A stretch of DNA of 64,000 nt from a virus (IMGVR_UViG_3300046318_000318); one strand, 5' to 3'; positions 1 to 9,826 are shown, counted from the first letter of the stretch. Numbers and translations: made by a program. The notes: a model not told the origin generated them from the sequence alone.

Positions 1-137
1 GCCTCATTAGCCATTGCAGCAGCTGTCTTGTGGACAAGATGCTGACAACCAGGTGGTGATGTCACTTGTACTGATAACGGGAAATTGTACTCCTCATACA
101 TAATCAGCGGTAGTATGGGAGCATCTGTAGGTAACAT
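1..137 (-). CDS. Partial CDS running off the window start; hypothetical protein (MLPTDAPILPLIMYEEYNF...)
   Basis: ATG at 137 preceded by AAGGAG; frame open to position 1 (translated by hand); follows the RNAP subunit gene on the same strand. Confidence 0.6.
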   Translation of the reverse strand, partial: MLPTDAPILPLIMYEEYNFPLSVQVTSPPGCQHLVHKTAAAMANE

Positions 138-180
138 TTGAACTCCTTGTGATTTACTCAACTAAAGTAAATGTTACCAA

Positions 181-1818
181 TTATTTTTCCAGGACCCTGT
201 TTGGAAGATAGAACATCTTCAAGGCTTTCTCTGTCTCAGAAAGAATATGCTCAAGCTCAGGGTTCTGAATGAAGTTTCCTGTGTTGATATCTATCTTTGC
301 ATATGGATTCAAGCGGTTAGTCGGTGACGGATTGCTTTTACCCAGAAAGAGAATACTTCCTGTACTGATCATACTGACATCCAAATGGTTGGCTTCAGAA
401 ATCACAGTTCTACCTTTACTCTCACGAGATCCATTACCTGTCGCTTCTTGCATGGCTGCTTTAGATGTGATCTTCAGGTACTTGTGGTCACCTGAGTACG
501 ACACTGCTTCAGCCACGATCCTTGACGATGCCAGTTTATAGATAGGTCCCGGATTGATCATTTTAGCCATGGTGGTGCGAACGTCCTGAAACAACAGACG
601 ATTCCTCTTTTGAAGGATCTTGTTGATTTCAAACATGCATTTAATCATGCTTGAGGTAATGTCGTACAGCATGTAGTACATGACATCCAGGTTCTTTAGC
701 CACATGTTGAGGTTACTGTTGGTATCCTCAAGCACCATCTGGTTAAAGCTCTTAACAATCACAGCCAACAGATCGTAATATGTGTCTACACAGATATCTC
801 TATCAGCCAACTTCTCAATAGCGATAGAGTCCATGCAATCATCCAGAGATATCAAGTGATCCTTGATATCCATGATCAGTTTACTATGAGAATGATTACC
901 CGAAAAGATAATGCTACCCAAAGTCATCATCCACTGTTCTCTGGTCTCCAGAAATGGAAGAGTCATCTGCAATGGGAAATGATCCACCACGTAAAAGAAA
1001 CCAGCACAGAACTCACGAATGTTGTCATTCCAAAGGTGTCTTGGAATAGCCAGTCGAATCTCAGTCGGTTTATAAAACTTATCCTTACTGGTCTTTGGCT
1101 GAATCTTGGTAGACTCAACAATCACCCAATCACTCTCAGGAAAAGTCTCTGCATTAATCTCAGACCCACCAGTTTTAGGTATACAGCCTGTATACCTTCT
1201 AAAGGTTTCTGAGAACCCATATTTAGCCAACAAGTAATGAATGTTGCAAGTGTTGGCTTTTGTAGTGGGTGGTAACTTTTTGGTGTTACTGTTTCTCCTA
1301 TACAGACTGGCCCAGATGACGTGTGTCGTGATACGGACACTATCCACGGTGATGGAATGGTAACACCGATAAAAACTGTTGCGATCACGAAGAACACGCA
1401 CAAACACACTGGACTGCCCAGGAGATATCACCTTGTCAGATATCACTGGAGTGACATGGTACATCGTACCGGACAAATGAAAAGTACCTGCTTCACCTAT
1501 AATAGGCAAAGACAGATACCGATCAGGTAAACGCTCGCCTTCAAACTCAAACATGAACTTTACCAGGTAAAGATCAGATTGAGAAATGTCAGCGGTGCGT
1601 TTGTTATTCTTTACCCGAGTGTATTCAGTATACTCCTCAAGAGGCGTGCACCTTTTACAACCCAGATAACGAAGTCCGGGGGGGTAACCTTTCAGATTCA
1701 TGAAGACCTTATGCAAGTAGTCCTCAGGTCTCTGCATCACTGCTTGACCAACACCGTTCATGATCAAGGGATTTACCGGTGGTGTGTTCTGCACCAGAAA
1801 ATCGTGAAATTGCCCCAT
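181..1818 (-). CDS. Non-virion RNA polymerase beta subunit, N-terminal part (phiKZ gp123-like)
   Basis: 545 aa; beta-N-like segment LSLPIIGEAGTFHLSGTMYHVTPVISDKVIS; size and position near capsid and helicase genes match the phiKZ gp118-gp123 block. Confidence 0.8.
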   Translation of the reverse strand: MGQFHDFLVQNTPPVNPLIMNGVGQAVMQRPEDYLHKVFMNLKGYPPGLRYLGCKRCTPLEEYTEYTRVKNNKRTADISQSDLYLVKFMFEFEGERLPDRYLSLPIIGEAGTFHLSGTMYHVTPVISDKVISPGQSSVFVRVLRDRNSFYRCYHSITVDSVRITTHVIWASLYRRNSNTKKLPPTTKANTCNIHYLLAKYGFSETFRRYTGCIPKTGGSEINAETFPESDWVIVESTKIQPKTSKDKFYKPTEIRLAIPRHLWNDNIREFCAGFFYVVDHFPLQMTLPFLETREQWMMTLGSIIFSGNHSHSKLIMDIKDHLISLDDCMDSIAIEKLADRDICVDTYYDLLAVIVKSFNQMVLEDTNSNLNMWLKNLDVMYYMLYDITSSMIKCMFEINKILQKRNRLLFQDVRTTMAKMINPGPIYKLASSRIVAEAVSYSGDHKYLKITSKAAMQEATGNGSRESKGRTVISEANHLDVSMISTGSILFLGKSNPSPTNRLNPYAKIDINTGNFIQNPELEHILSETEKALKMFYLPNRVLEK

Positions 1819-1836
1819 GTTACATTCCTTTGTTGG

Positions 1837-3063
1837 TTAAGAAAACTTACGCATAGCTGCCCATACACCCAGTCCAGTTACCAAGCCAGCTCCCGCCATC
1901 TTGAGATACTCACTGCTGTCCTTACGTTCAGCTGACCTACTGTCATAATAATCATCTCTGACTCTAGATTTTTGCTTAATATTATCTTCCAAAACCACAG
2001 TCTCGGTATTGAGTTTGTCTTTCAACATCTCATACTCCATTTTAGCCATCTTGGCTTTTGTCTCAAGCTCAGCGACTATCTTCTTGGTTTCAAGAAGAGT
2101 TTGTTCAAATGTGAAGCGTGTTTCGTTGAGTTCTGCTGTTTTCATTTCATTGGCTGCGCGCATAGATTCAGTTTCTTTTTTGGCCTGCTCAAGCAGAATG
2201 CTATTGCTTGCTTTTGAAGCCTCTAACTCATTTTGCATAATCAGAAGTTTCTGTTTGCTGAGTTGTTCAGCTTGGTCGTCAGACAAAGCTTGCTCAGCAG
2301 TTGGGTAAAGACCCAGTTTATCCTGAGCCTCATCCAAGCCCAGTATGCTAGGTATGGTGGTCATGCTACCATCTTTGGACTTCAGTTCTGTGTAATAGAC
2401 CCCGTTAGACCTGGATGGATCTTTAATAGGTTCAACCTCAATAAGAGACTTACCCATTTTTATGAACCTTTTACCATACCGGTTATCGTTGTCTACCACC
2501 TGTATGGTAGCGCCGCTGTAGATGTTTTCAAGACCCATGTCTTTAAACTGTCTAACGGTCCTACCTTCAGCACTGTAGGGATGGTGTATGTTAGCATGAT
2601 AATCTTTACTCATGAGTAACAGATCCACACATGGCGCGTAACAAACTTTCAGCTTCGAGAGATTAGAAATAGGATAACGACTATCCACCACAATCTCACA
2701 ACTGAAGATAGACCTGTTAGTGTCAAATGCTTCAGTCAGAACCAGACGGATGGTTTCCAGTTCCTCATTACCAGAACCATTCAACTTCTGATACTCAGTC
2801 AGCATGTTGATTACCTCAACGATAACCGCATTGTTCTGGAACTTGTAGATTGATCTGACGATAAACTCTTTGGAATGCACGACGCCATTAACAGCACGTC
2901 GAACAAACACAGGGAGATTATTCCTATTAACAACCACAACGTCTTCAGTTGTGTCGTTGATGAAGAACATTGTCTTGCGGAAAGGGCTGTGAAGCTCTTT
3001 CGTATTCTGTTCGTTTACCACCTTGGTTTCAGAACCGATATTTTGTACTTGGCTTGCCAGCAT
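1837..3063 (-). CDS. Conserved jumbo-phage protein (phiKZ gp122-like by synteny); C-terminal coiled coil and hydrophobic tail anchor
   Basis: 408 aa; AGAGLVTGLGVWAAM at C-terminus; GAGGAA RBS. Confidence 0.6.
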   Translation of the reverse strand: MLASQVQNIGSETKVVNEQNTKELHSPFRKTMFFINDTTEDVVVVNRNNLPVFVRRAVNGVVHSKEFIVRSIYKFQNNAVIVEVINMLTEYQKLNGSGNEELETIRLVLTEAFDTNRSIFSCEIVVDSRYPISNLSKLKVCYAPCVDLLLMSKDYHANIHHPYSAEGRTVRQFKDMGLENIYSGATIQVVDNDNRYGKRFIKMGKSLIEVEPIKDPSRSNGVYYTELKSKDGSMTTIPSILGLDEAQDKLGLYPTAEQALSDDQAEQLSKQKLLIMQNELEASKASNSILLEQAKKETESMRAANEMKTAELNETRFTFEQTLLETKKIVAELETKAKMAKMEYEMLKDKLNTETVVLEDNIKQKSRVRDDYYDSRSAERKDSSEYLKMAGAGLVTGLGVWAAMRKFS

Positions 3064-3130
3064 AAGTTCCTCTTTTTAAAAGTTGATTAAGCTCTTTGAG
3101 ACAGAGCGGTCAATTAAAGTATGTGTGACT
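3061..3130 (-). promoter_or_regulatory. Promoter-like motif, variant class (TCACACATA-CTTTAA-TTGACC), and leader of the 1837-3063 gene
   Basis: Shares the TCA..-N6-TTGA core with copies at 3291, 12817, 19351 and 58337; leader contains hairpin GCTCT-N7-AGAGC. Confidence 0.5.
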
Positions 3131-3151
3131 AACGATAGATACAAACAGAAC

Positions 3152-3198
3152 AAAAAAAAAATAACACCCCCGGCCTGTAAGGGCTAGGGGTGTTAATT
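3152..3198. terminator. Intrinsic terminator, repeated CACCC..GGCC/GGCT..GGGTG family
   Basis: GC-rich hairpin with a long T tract on the minus strand; nearly identical to 18839-18883. Confidence 0.8.
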
Positions 3199-3208
3199 TA
3201 CGCCTCGA

Positions 3209-3223
3209 TCACGCTCCAGCCAT
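3209..3223 (-). pseudogene. 4-codon mini-ORF (MAGA*) in an otherwise complete expression cassette; probable deleted-gene remnant
   Basis: TAAGGAGATAATC-ATG GCT GGA GCG TGA, followed about 15 nt later by the terminator. Confidence 0.5.
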
Positions 3224-3306
3224 GATTATCTCCTTAACTGATAGTGTCGTAGAAAGAACGACTTAAACTACAGCGATAGCTCAAATAGAATATATGTGAT
3301 TGAAAT
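3221..3306 (-). promoter_or_regulatory. Conserved putative early promoter + hairpin leader + RBS, copy A
   Basis: TCACATATA-TTCTAT-TTGA-GC-TATCG-CTGTA-GTTTAA-[GTCGT-N7-ACGAC]-ACTATCAGT-TAAGGAGATA-ATC-ATG; collinear with copies B and C. Confidence 0.7.
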
Positions 3307-3332
3307 TATTTACAAGAACTTATTTAGAAAAA

Positions 3333-3363
3333 AGATACACACAGCCTCATGGCTGTGTGTATT
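3333..3363. terminator. Hairpin terminator downstream of nrdB
   Basis: ATACACACAGCC-TCAT-GGCTGTGTGTAT flanked by A/T tracts. Confidence 0.7.
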
Positions 3364-3371
3364 TTAATCTA

Positions 3372-4502
3372 TCAGAAGTCAAACTCCATAGCCCCAGCTG
3401 GAACATCATGAGTATTCATACCCAGTAGATACCCACCTAAACGTTCTTCCTGAGCAGCACCTTGAATACCATCAATAGTAATCCAATCAGCTGTAAAGGC
3501 CAAAGGTAGTTTCTTAGGAATATCAAACTCAGGTTGGATGCCAAAGAAACTGTAAACTTCACCTGCGTAATAACAGACTTGTTGGCAAAGTTTCTCAGCT
3601 GTCAGACCAGATACTTCTCTTCCATTACGGAACAGAGTCTTATTAACCCAATCCAGTTCTGTCTGTATCACAGCTTTGATCATCTCAGCTATCTGTGTGC
3701 GACACTGATTAAAAGCCATCAGACCTTTAGAAGTACGCATCATGGCATCAAGGATGATCATATCACCTTTAGAGTGAATATGATATTCATCCTGACAGAT
3801 TTTCTGCACAGCTTTGGCAAATGGAATATATCTACCTGCTTCACCGTACGAGAAAGTCACTGTAAAGCTTGCCATGAACTGGATACGTTCCAGACACAAA
3901 AGAGCAGCTACATACATAAAGACCACGTTGTAGACTTCCTGACTGTTTCTATCCAGTTGGTTAAGAGCCAGTTTATGAGAGACCTCATAAGCTTTTTCAA
4001 GAACTGCGTTGATAACAGACATTCTTTCAAACGAAGGCTTTAGGGCCAGGATATCTCTCATGACCTTATCAGGATCATCAAAAGCATTCTTGACCATCTC
4101 GCTGTATGTCAAAGCATGCACTTGCTCATTGTCACCCACACGCTGCCAATATGACCACAGAGTCGTATCGCTGGTAAAGTTAGCTCCAATACCGGAGATA
4201 CCCTTACTCACCACACTGTCAGCTTCCCATTGCCAAGCAATAGTATCCAACATGATCTCGTAATCTGTGCGAGGGCAAGTCTTAAACTCTAACAAGCAAG
4301 ATTGGAAATCGAATTCCATCTCATCCCAGTCCTGAGCTTTGAGTTTCTTATACAGATCTCTCAGCTCAGGTAACTGTACATTGATAGAGTCTGTCAATCC
4401 AGCATCTTCACCAAGTACAAGCTCAGTGCCGATATAGTCTTTCTTTTCATTGTTGAAAATCTTACTAGAATAACTCATACTCACCTTTTTTAAAGTTTGC
4501 AA
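3372..4502 (-). CDS. nrdB: Ribonucleotide reductase class Ia, beta subunit
   Basis: Di-iron ligands and radical Tyr motifs: WEADS, NEQVHALTY, LERIQFMASF, QDEYHIH; adjacent to nrdA. Confidence 0.95.
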   Translation of the reverse strand: MQTLKKVSMSYSSKIFNNEKKDYIGTELVLGEDAGLTDSINVQLPELRDLYKKLKAQDWDEMEFDFQSCLLEFKTCPRTDYEIMLDTIAWQWEADSVVSKGISGIGANFTSDTTLWSYWQRVGDNEQVHALTYSEMVKNAFDDPDKVMRDILALKPSFERMSVINAVLEKAYEVSHKLALNQLDRNSQEVYNVVFMYVAALLCLERIQFMASFTVTFSYGEAGRYIPFAKAVQKICQDEYHIHSKGDMIILDAMMRTSKGLMAFNQCRTQIAEMIKAVIQTELDWVNKTLFRNGREVSGLTAEKLCQQVCYYAGEVYSFFGIQPEFDIPKKLPLAFTADWITIDGIQGAAQEERLGGYLLGMNTHDVPAGAMEFDF

Positions 4503-6934
4503 CTATCGCCGCAGTTCTCTTCCACAGCCATCTCTTGAACTTCCCCGGAACCATCTTTGCTGTTGGTGAGTGTGTTACTGTAATACTTAGACTTAACCCC
4601 ATACTTAATCATGGTAAAGTATTCAGTCAGAATCTGTTTATCACTGAGCATCACATTCTTAGATCTGTCTTTATAGGTATCCACGCTGATAGACTGATCA
4701 GTGAACTTTTGCATAACAGCATAAGCTTTGATCATATCCACACCAGGGATATCATAACCGATCTCGTACTTATCACCCAACAGATCGCTGTCAGTAGCTA
4801 CCCAATCCACTGTGTTGTTCTCATCAGACTTCTTCAAAGACAAAGCGCGGATAGGATAAGGACCGTTAGGCACACCTGAAGCTTTAGATGAGGATTCAGT
4901 AGGCATCAGGTTTATCAGACAGCTAAAACGAATACCGCCGTTTTTCACTATATCTGAACGAAGAGCTTCCCAATCATACTGAAGATCCACGGTAATCAAC
5001 TCATCTACAGCTTTCTTATAGCTATCAATAGGCAACCATCCATTAGCCCATTTTGTTTTATGGATCCAAGGAGCATTACCTTTTTCAATACCTAATTCAA
5101 GAGCTGCTCTAATGACAAAGTAAGCATGGCGTTCAGAGATACGATGAATCTCATTACGACCTTCAAGTGTACTATACTTAAGACCTTTACGAGCAAGTAG
5201 TGTAGCCAGACCAATGTGACCGACACCAGCATTCAAACGACTCTTAGCAGTGAATCCAATATGCGGCAAAGCATAAGTAGACAGATGAATACATCTATCA
5301 ATCATTCTCAGAGCTAGTTTACAGGTTTTATGGTATTGTTCGTCTGTATGAATGTTAGGAAGAACAACAGCACCAAGTGAACACAATGCTACCTCTCCTG
5401 GAATTTCTTTACTAACTATATCACCCACCACATAGTTCTTATAGGTGTTGCTATTAGGCACTGAGAAGAACTCACCTTTTGTCAAACTACCTGCATAAGT
5501 CCTACCTCTACCAGTCACAGACACTTCAAGATTGTAAGGAAGCTTAACTATGTTACCGTTGGTCTGTGAGAATGAAATATGACCGTAATCACCAGTTCTG
5601 TACAGGTCTTGCACCGAGTTATAACCAGCTGTCGATTCGCAAACTTCCAAGCAGAGATTTGAGCTATGGATGGGTTCTTGAAAAGGAGTATGGCGATTAG
5701 CTTCTTCAATGTTGAAGTGATACAGAGTAGACACCTCTTCAAACTGTGTCAGCATAGTCAAACACAGATCACGAGCACTCACGTACTCTTTAACAAAGTT
5801 ATCATCCTCTTCATACTTCTTATACAAAGCCTCAAACTTCTGAATATCACCGCTGAACATAGCTGCGTGAAGATCAGGAGCTGTATAACAATTAAAACAA
5901 AACATTTGTTCATCGTCTCTTGCTTTTCTAGCAAAGAAACTATTAGTCATCACCGCAAAGTGTACATCACGATTGCGTTTGGCTTCAGGAGTCCTTGGGT
6001 TCTGAAGCATGATGAGATCTTTGGCTTCTTTTTCAAAGATGTCAAAGTAAAACGTAGCAGCCCCAGCACGACCTGCTTGCACACCTTTAATAGTGTTCTT
6101 AGCTGTAGTAGCGAAGTAAGGACGCTTGCCACCATGAGGGAACCTACCACCGCGTACAGGATCACCGATAGATCTCAGATTATGATGAGTACCAATGCCA
6201 GCAGAAGCAGCTGTCATCTTAGAAGCGATCATGTCACCACAATCGATAGACTCGTTGTTATCGGACACCTCGACGAGGCAACAACTGGCGTAGCCATTTA
6301 GAGGACTGCCTAAGTTCACATAGTTGGGTGTAGGCGCATTAAGACGATTCAGGCTAAACTCATCGTAGTATTCTTGCACCAACTTAAGCTTCTCTTGACT
6401 GTCTTCGATATCATCAGACAAGCGCATAGCCATACGCATGAACGTATATTGAGGAGTCTCATACCTGATACCAGATACCAGATTAGAAATGCTGTACTTG
6501 TGATGGATTTGTTTGATCTGGCTGTGTGCGTAGTTAAAGTCACGCTTATGGTCTATGATACTTTCAATCGCTTCAAACTCAGCATCTGTATAACCCATGT
6601 CAATCACCAATCCGGTCTTAATAAGATCTTCATTGATCTTCTTAACCGAAGGCATCTCATCACCATAGAGAGCTTTATGTAACCAAGCAGCATACAATCG
6701 ACCAGCCATCACGTTATGCGGCCAATCTTTCTTATACAAACAAGCGTTGATCAACTCTTTCTGAAGACTCTGGCTGTTTTCAATCTCTTTACAGTTACTC
6801 AGAGCATCAAGCACCACACCTGACCAATCCACGCGATCGCCTAAACTGTCAGTAGCCCATATAGCCCATTTGTTGAGTTTAGAGGGTGTATATTCTTCTT
6901 TAGTTCCATCTCGCTTGATGATATACTTGATCAT
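4490..6934 (-). CDS. nrdA: Ribonucleotide reductase class Ia, alpha subunit with N-terminal ATP cone
   Basis: IIKRDG ATP-cone start; PTP..NLG, ASCCL, SNLCLE, EVALC, LMPTESSS, KYY and C-terminal CGDSC motifs; long insertion between catalytic cysteines. Confidence 0.96.
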   Translation of the reverse strand: MIKYIIKRDGTKEEYTPSKLNKWAIWATDSLGDRVDWSGVVLDALSNCKEIENSQSLQKELINACLYKKDWPHNVMAGRLYAAWLHKALYGDEMPSVKKINEDLIKTGLVIDMGYTDAEFEAIESIIDHKRDFNYAHSQIKQIHHKYSISNLVSGIRYETPQYTFMRMAMRLSDDIEDSQEKLKLVQEYYDEFSLNRLNAPTPNYVNLGSPLNGYASCCLVEVSDNNESIDCGDMIASKMTAASAGIGTHHNLRSIGDPVRGGRFPHGGKRPYFATTAKNTIKGVQAGRAGAATFYFDIFEKEAKDLIMLQNPRTPEAKRNRDVHFAVMTNSFFARKARDDEQMFCFNCYTAPDLHAAMFSGDIQKFEALYKKYEEDDNFVKEYVSARDLCLTMLTQFEEVSTLYHFNIEEANRHTPFQEPIHSSNLCLEVCESTAGYNSVQDLYRTGDYGHISFSQTNGNIVKLPYNLEVSVTGRGRTYAGSLTKGEFFSVPNSNTYKNYVVGDIVSKEIPGEVALCSLGAVVLPNIHTDEQYHKTCKLALRMIDRCIHLSTYALPHIGFTAKSRLNAGVGHIGLATLLARKGLKYSTLEGRNEIHRISERHAYFVIRAALELGIEKGNAPWIHKTKWANGWLPIDSYKKAVDELITVDLQYDWEALRSDIVKNGGIRFSCLINLMPTESSSKASGVPNGPYPIRALSLKKSDENNTVDWVATDSDLLGDKYEIGYDIPGVDMIKAYAVMQKFTDQSISVDTYKDRSKNVMLSDKQILTEYFTMIKYGVKSKYYSNTLTNSKDGSGEVQEMAVEENCGDSCKL

Positions 6935-7041
6935 GAATGACTTCCTTATTAGGGTTAAATCTGTTAGTTTTCTCTAAGTATTTTGTACTGAGCCAAACTA
7001 TAAGTCTGCTAGTTATTTAGATATTCGAGGCAAAAAAAAAA

Positions 7042-7065
7042 GATACCAGGGATGTCCCTGGTATC
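7042..7065. terminator. Inverted-repeat terminator
   Basis: GATACCAGGGA-TG-TCCCTGGTATC next to a 10-nt A tract (T tract on the minus strand). Confidence 0.7.
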
Positions 7066-7070
7066 CTTAA

Positions 7071-7517
7071 TTAAGATTCTGTCGGAAAGTCATATACCAA
7101 GGTTTCATCCTGTTTAGATACCTCAGGTGCCTTAGGCGTGATCTTAGTAACTTTCAGATCGATAGGTTCACAAGGCTTAGTGATATGCTCATACAAAGCA
7201 CTCTCAAAGGCTGTTAGCATATTCTTAAACTGAGTCTTCAGTTTTTTATAGATAAAGATCCTCTGTTCTTTATCCCTAACGATAATAGTGAAGACATCAC
7301 TGGTAACGTTGGCTGTGACGATGCTGTAGATATTCTTACGCTTCAGAAACTTATGTTCAGCTGAGTTAACTTTGATGCTTCTCATCATACCTACAGACAC
7401 AGGCTGTTTGTCATCGTAAGAGATAGAGATAGACATCTGATCGATATTCTTAACAGAAGCTTGAAACAGATTGCTAAAGGCCATTAAGTTAAGACCGTGA
7501 GATTTAAGGATTTGCAT
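7071..7517 (-). CDS. Hypothetical protein
   Basis: 148-aa ORF between two terminators; no motif recognised. Confidence 0.65.
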   Translation of the reverse strand: MQILKSHGLNLMAFSNLFQASVKNIDQMSISISYDDKQPVSVGMMRSIKVNSAEHKFLKRKNIYSIVTANVTSDVFTIIVRDKEQRIFIYKKLKTQFKNMLTAFESALYEHITKPCEPIDLKVTKITPKAPEVSKQDETLVYDFPTES

Positions 7518-7580
7518 AATATTTTACTAAGGATGAATTGAGACGACTAATCTATATAACTTTAGTCTAAATAAAAAAGG

Positions 7581-7617
7581 GAAAAAAGAAAAGGACCCCC
7601 GGAAGGGTCCTTTTCTT
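7581..7617 (-). terminator. Terminator of the major capsid protein transcript
   Basis: AAGAAAAGGACCC-N6-GGGTCCTTTTCTT; U-rich tail on the minus strand. Confidence 0.8.
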
Positions 7618-7648
7618 CTATTAGAGGCAATATTACTATCGCCTAAAC

Positions 7649-9790
7649 TCAAACGAGTTTGTAGTTGATTTGCACTTTATTAAGTACAGCAGGTACGTTG
7701 TTCACAACGAAGGTCGTCATGATAGGCAGGTGTGTCACGAATGCGTAACGTGGCTGCACAACGGTCTCTTTGCTGTAGGTGTTACCACGGCTCAGATTAG
7801 CAGTCATCACCAACTCAGGACCCCAGATCATGTTGCCGAAGTTCAATGGGTTAGGAGCAGTGTTACGCTGCTCGTTGAACACACCGAAGGTCATGAAGAT
7901 CTTACCAGCAACACGGCTATCAAGGGTAGAGACGATGCGAACATCAAACTCACCACCCAACGTACGCAGGTCACCAGACACGTTCAAGTAACGAGCCAAC
8001 ACTGGATCTGTGCCGATGATCACGACTGGTACAGCAGAGATACCACCGCTCAGAGCGTCGGCAGCAGCCTTGTACTCGGAGTCACGATACATGCGGTAAG
8101 CGTAATCACGCAGCTTGTTCACCAGAGCAGCTTGCATGTCTTGAGCGCGTTCGAACGACTTGATGGAGTCCACCATGGTCGCCATATCCAGAGTTTCCTG
8201 GAAGTAGGTAGGACGCACAAAGAAACGACCCACACCCAACACGTCAGGACCTTCACCCAACACGTCAGCAGCATCCACATATTGAGCCAAGGTACCAGCA
8301 GCGTCGATCAGAGCAGAAACTGCTTCGTTAGACACGCGGATACGAGTAGCGCTGATCAGAGCTTGCACGTCGGTAGCGTCGACAGAAGCGTCGACCACAG
8401 CAGGATGCATAGCAGAGATAGGCGAACGCAATGGCACAGCGTACAGTTGCGTGAACTTGGTCACGTCGATCAACTGACCGCGTTGACGACGGTTGATGTT
8501 CGTGTAGAAAGCAGTCAGGTCGTAACCTTCAATGGTACCAGCGTTGACCACTGCGACCACAGGAGCGGCAGGAGCAACAGCTTGATCCAATTGCTGACCA
8601 GTAGAGTCCAGAATGACGTGAGTCTGCACAGCGTTACCGTAGATAGAAGTCTTACCGGTTTCGATGTTCACAGAACCAGTCAACTTCAGCTCAACGCGAG
8701 CAATCAGGTTACCAGTAACCACACCAGCCAGATCCACCAGAGCAGAACCGTCAGCTTGCTTGGTATCGCGGTTGATCAGAACGCTCGTGGTTTCGAAGTT
8801 CAGAGTCATCACGCGATAATTGTTTTGCGTGCTGTATGTGAAGTTAGCCAAAGGTAGGTTCGACACATTGAAGCGCAGAACGTCAGCACCGAACTTGACA
8901 TACACGTTCTTGAGGTTCAAGAAGGTGTCCAGAGTGTCGGTGTTGTCCATCACGCCAGTGGCCAGCAGAGCATCAGTTTGACCCACGGCGATCAGGTTCA
9001 GTTCTTTACCGATCTTCAGAGGAGCGGTGGTGATAGATTGACCTTCGACGATCACAGCAGCAGGAGCTACGACAGCAGGATCCACGAACTGAGCGGCGTT
9101 TTGAGGACGCACAGCTGGAATCACGCGGGTCTGTTCTTTCTTCAGGATCGAAGCATCGGCCACAGCACGGATGATGTTCTTCTTACCAAAATCACGGAAT
9201 GCGCCGTCGATGTTGTGTTGAGTTGCGTCAAACACAGTCATCAGATCCACGGTCACGCCAAAACCAACTTGGTCAGGAGTCAGAACCAGAGTAGGGAAGA
9301 AGGTTTCGCCAAACTCGTCTTGACGAGCAGACTGCATGTTGTAAGCGATCGAGTAGATCGAAGCATTGCGGTTCTCGCGCTCGTCATAAGCTTCCAGACC
9401 GAATGCACGCTCAGACATACCTTCAGCAGCACCCATGGTTTGCACAACCACAGCACCTTCCATAGCCACAGGGCTAGAGATGGTCTTGCGGCTCAGCAGA
9501 TGGCGTGGGTCAGCAGCGATCATACCGCCGATAGAACCAGCAGCGATTTGAGCGGGGGTGAGTTTGTAACCCAGACCCAGGTCAGCCACGATCGATTCGA
9601 TAGCGGTGCTCAGACCTTCATGTACATTGTTCAGTTCAGCCAATTGGAAGTCTTGTGCAGATTCCAGGGCAAACATGGTCTTGGTAGACTCAGGAGTAAC
9701 CATGCGACCACCTTCAACGGTGTTACGCAGATGCACCAGCAGTTGCTGAACTTGGGTTTTTTGTTGACCCGTGGATTTACCAAATTTCAT
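7649..9790 (-). CDS. Major capsid protein (phiKZ gp120-like)
   Basis: 713 aa; GLE|AYD-type maturation site, QDEFGETFFPT and IGTDP..ARYL motifs; strongly biased GC-rich codon usage; AAGGAA RBS; synteny with helicase. Confidence 0.9.
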   Translation of the reverse strand: MKFGKSTGQQKTQVQQLLVHLRNTVEGGRMVTPESTKTMFALESAQDFQLAELNNVHEGLSTAIESIVADLGLGYKLTPAQIAAGSIGGMIAADPRHLLSRKTISSPVAMEGAVVVQTMGAAEGMSERAFGLEAYDERENRNASIYSIAYNMQSARQDEFGETFFPTLVLTPDQVGFGVTVDLMTVFDATQHNIDGAFRDFGKKNIIRAVADASILKKEQTRVIPAVRPQNAAQFVDPAVVAPAAVIVEGQSITTAPLKIGKELNLIAVGQTDALLATGVMDNTDTLDTFLNLKNVYVKFGADVLRFNVSNLPLANFTYSTQNNYRVMTLNFETTSVLINRDTKQADGSALVDLAGVVTGNLIARVELKLTGSVNIETGKTSIYGNAVQTHVILDSTGQQLDQAVAPAAPVVAVVNAGTIEGYDLTAFYTNINRRQRGQLIDVTKFTQLYAVPLRSPISAMHPAVVDASVDATDVQALISATRIRVSNEAVSALIDAAGTLAQYVDAADVLGEGPDVLGVGRFFVRPTYFQETLDMATMVDSIKSFERAQDMQAALVNKLRDYAYRMYRDSEYKAAADALSGGISAVPVVIIGTDPVLARYLNVSGDLRTLGGEFDVRIVSTLDSRVAGKIFMTFGVFNEQRNTAPNPLNFGNMIWGPELVMTANLSRGNTYSKETVVQPRYAFVTHLPIMTTFVVNNVPAVLNKVQINYKLV

Positions 9791-9826
9791 TTCGAGTTCC
9801 TTAGTTGGTTTCAGAAAAGTTAACTG

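Noticed and set aside
5381-5653. Possible intein in NrdA
   Set aside because: The insert is too short and lacks the N-terminal Cys/Ser and C-terminal His-Asn plus Cys/Ser/Thr junction of an active intein; kept only as an insertion.
269-6543. Numerous short opposite-strand ORFs over the RNAP, nrdB and nrdA genes
   Set aside because: Fully nested antisense to well-supported genes, with no motifs or RBS.
7670-9823. Long plus-strand ORFs (395 aa and 281 aa) antisense to the capsid gene
   Set aside because: Shadow frames produced by biased codon usage in a highly expressed gene; no RBS or recognisable motifs.
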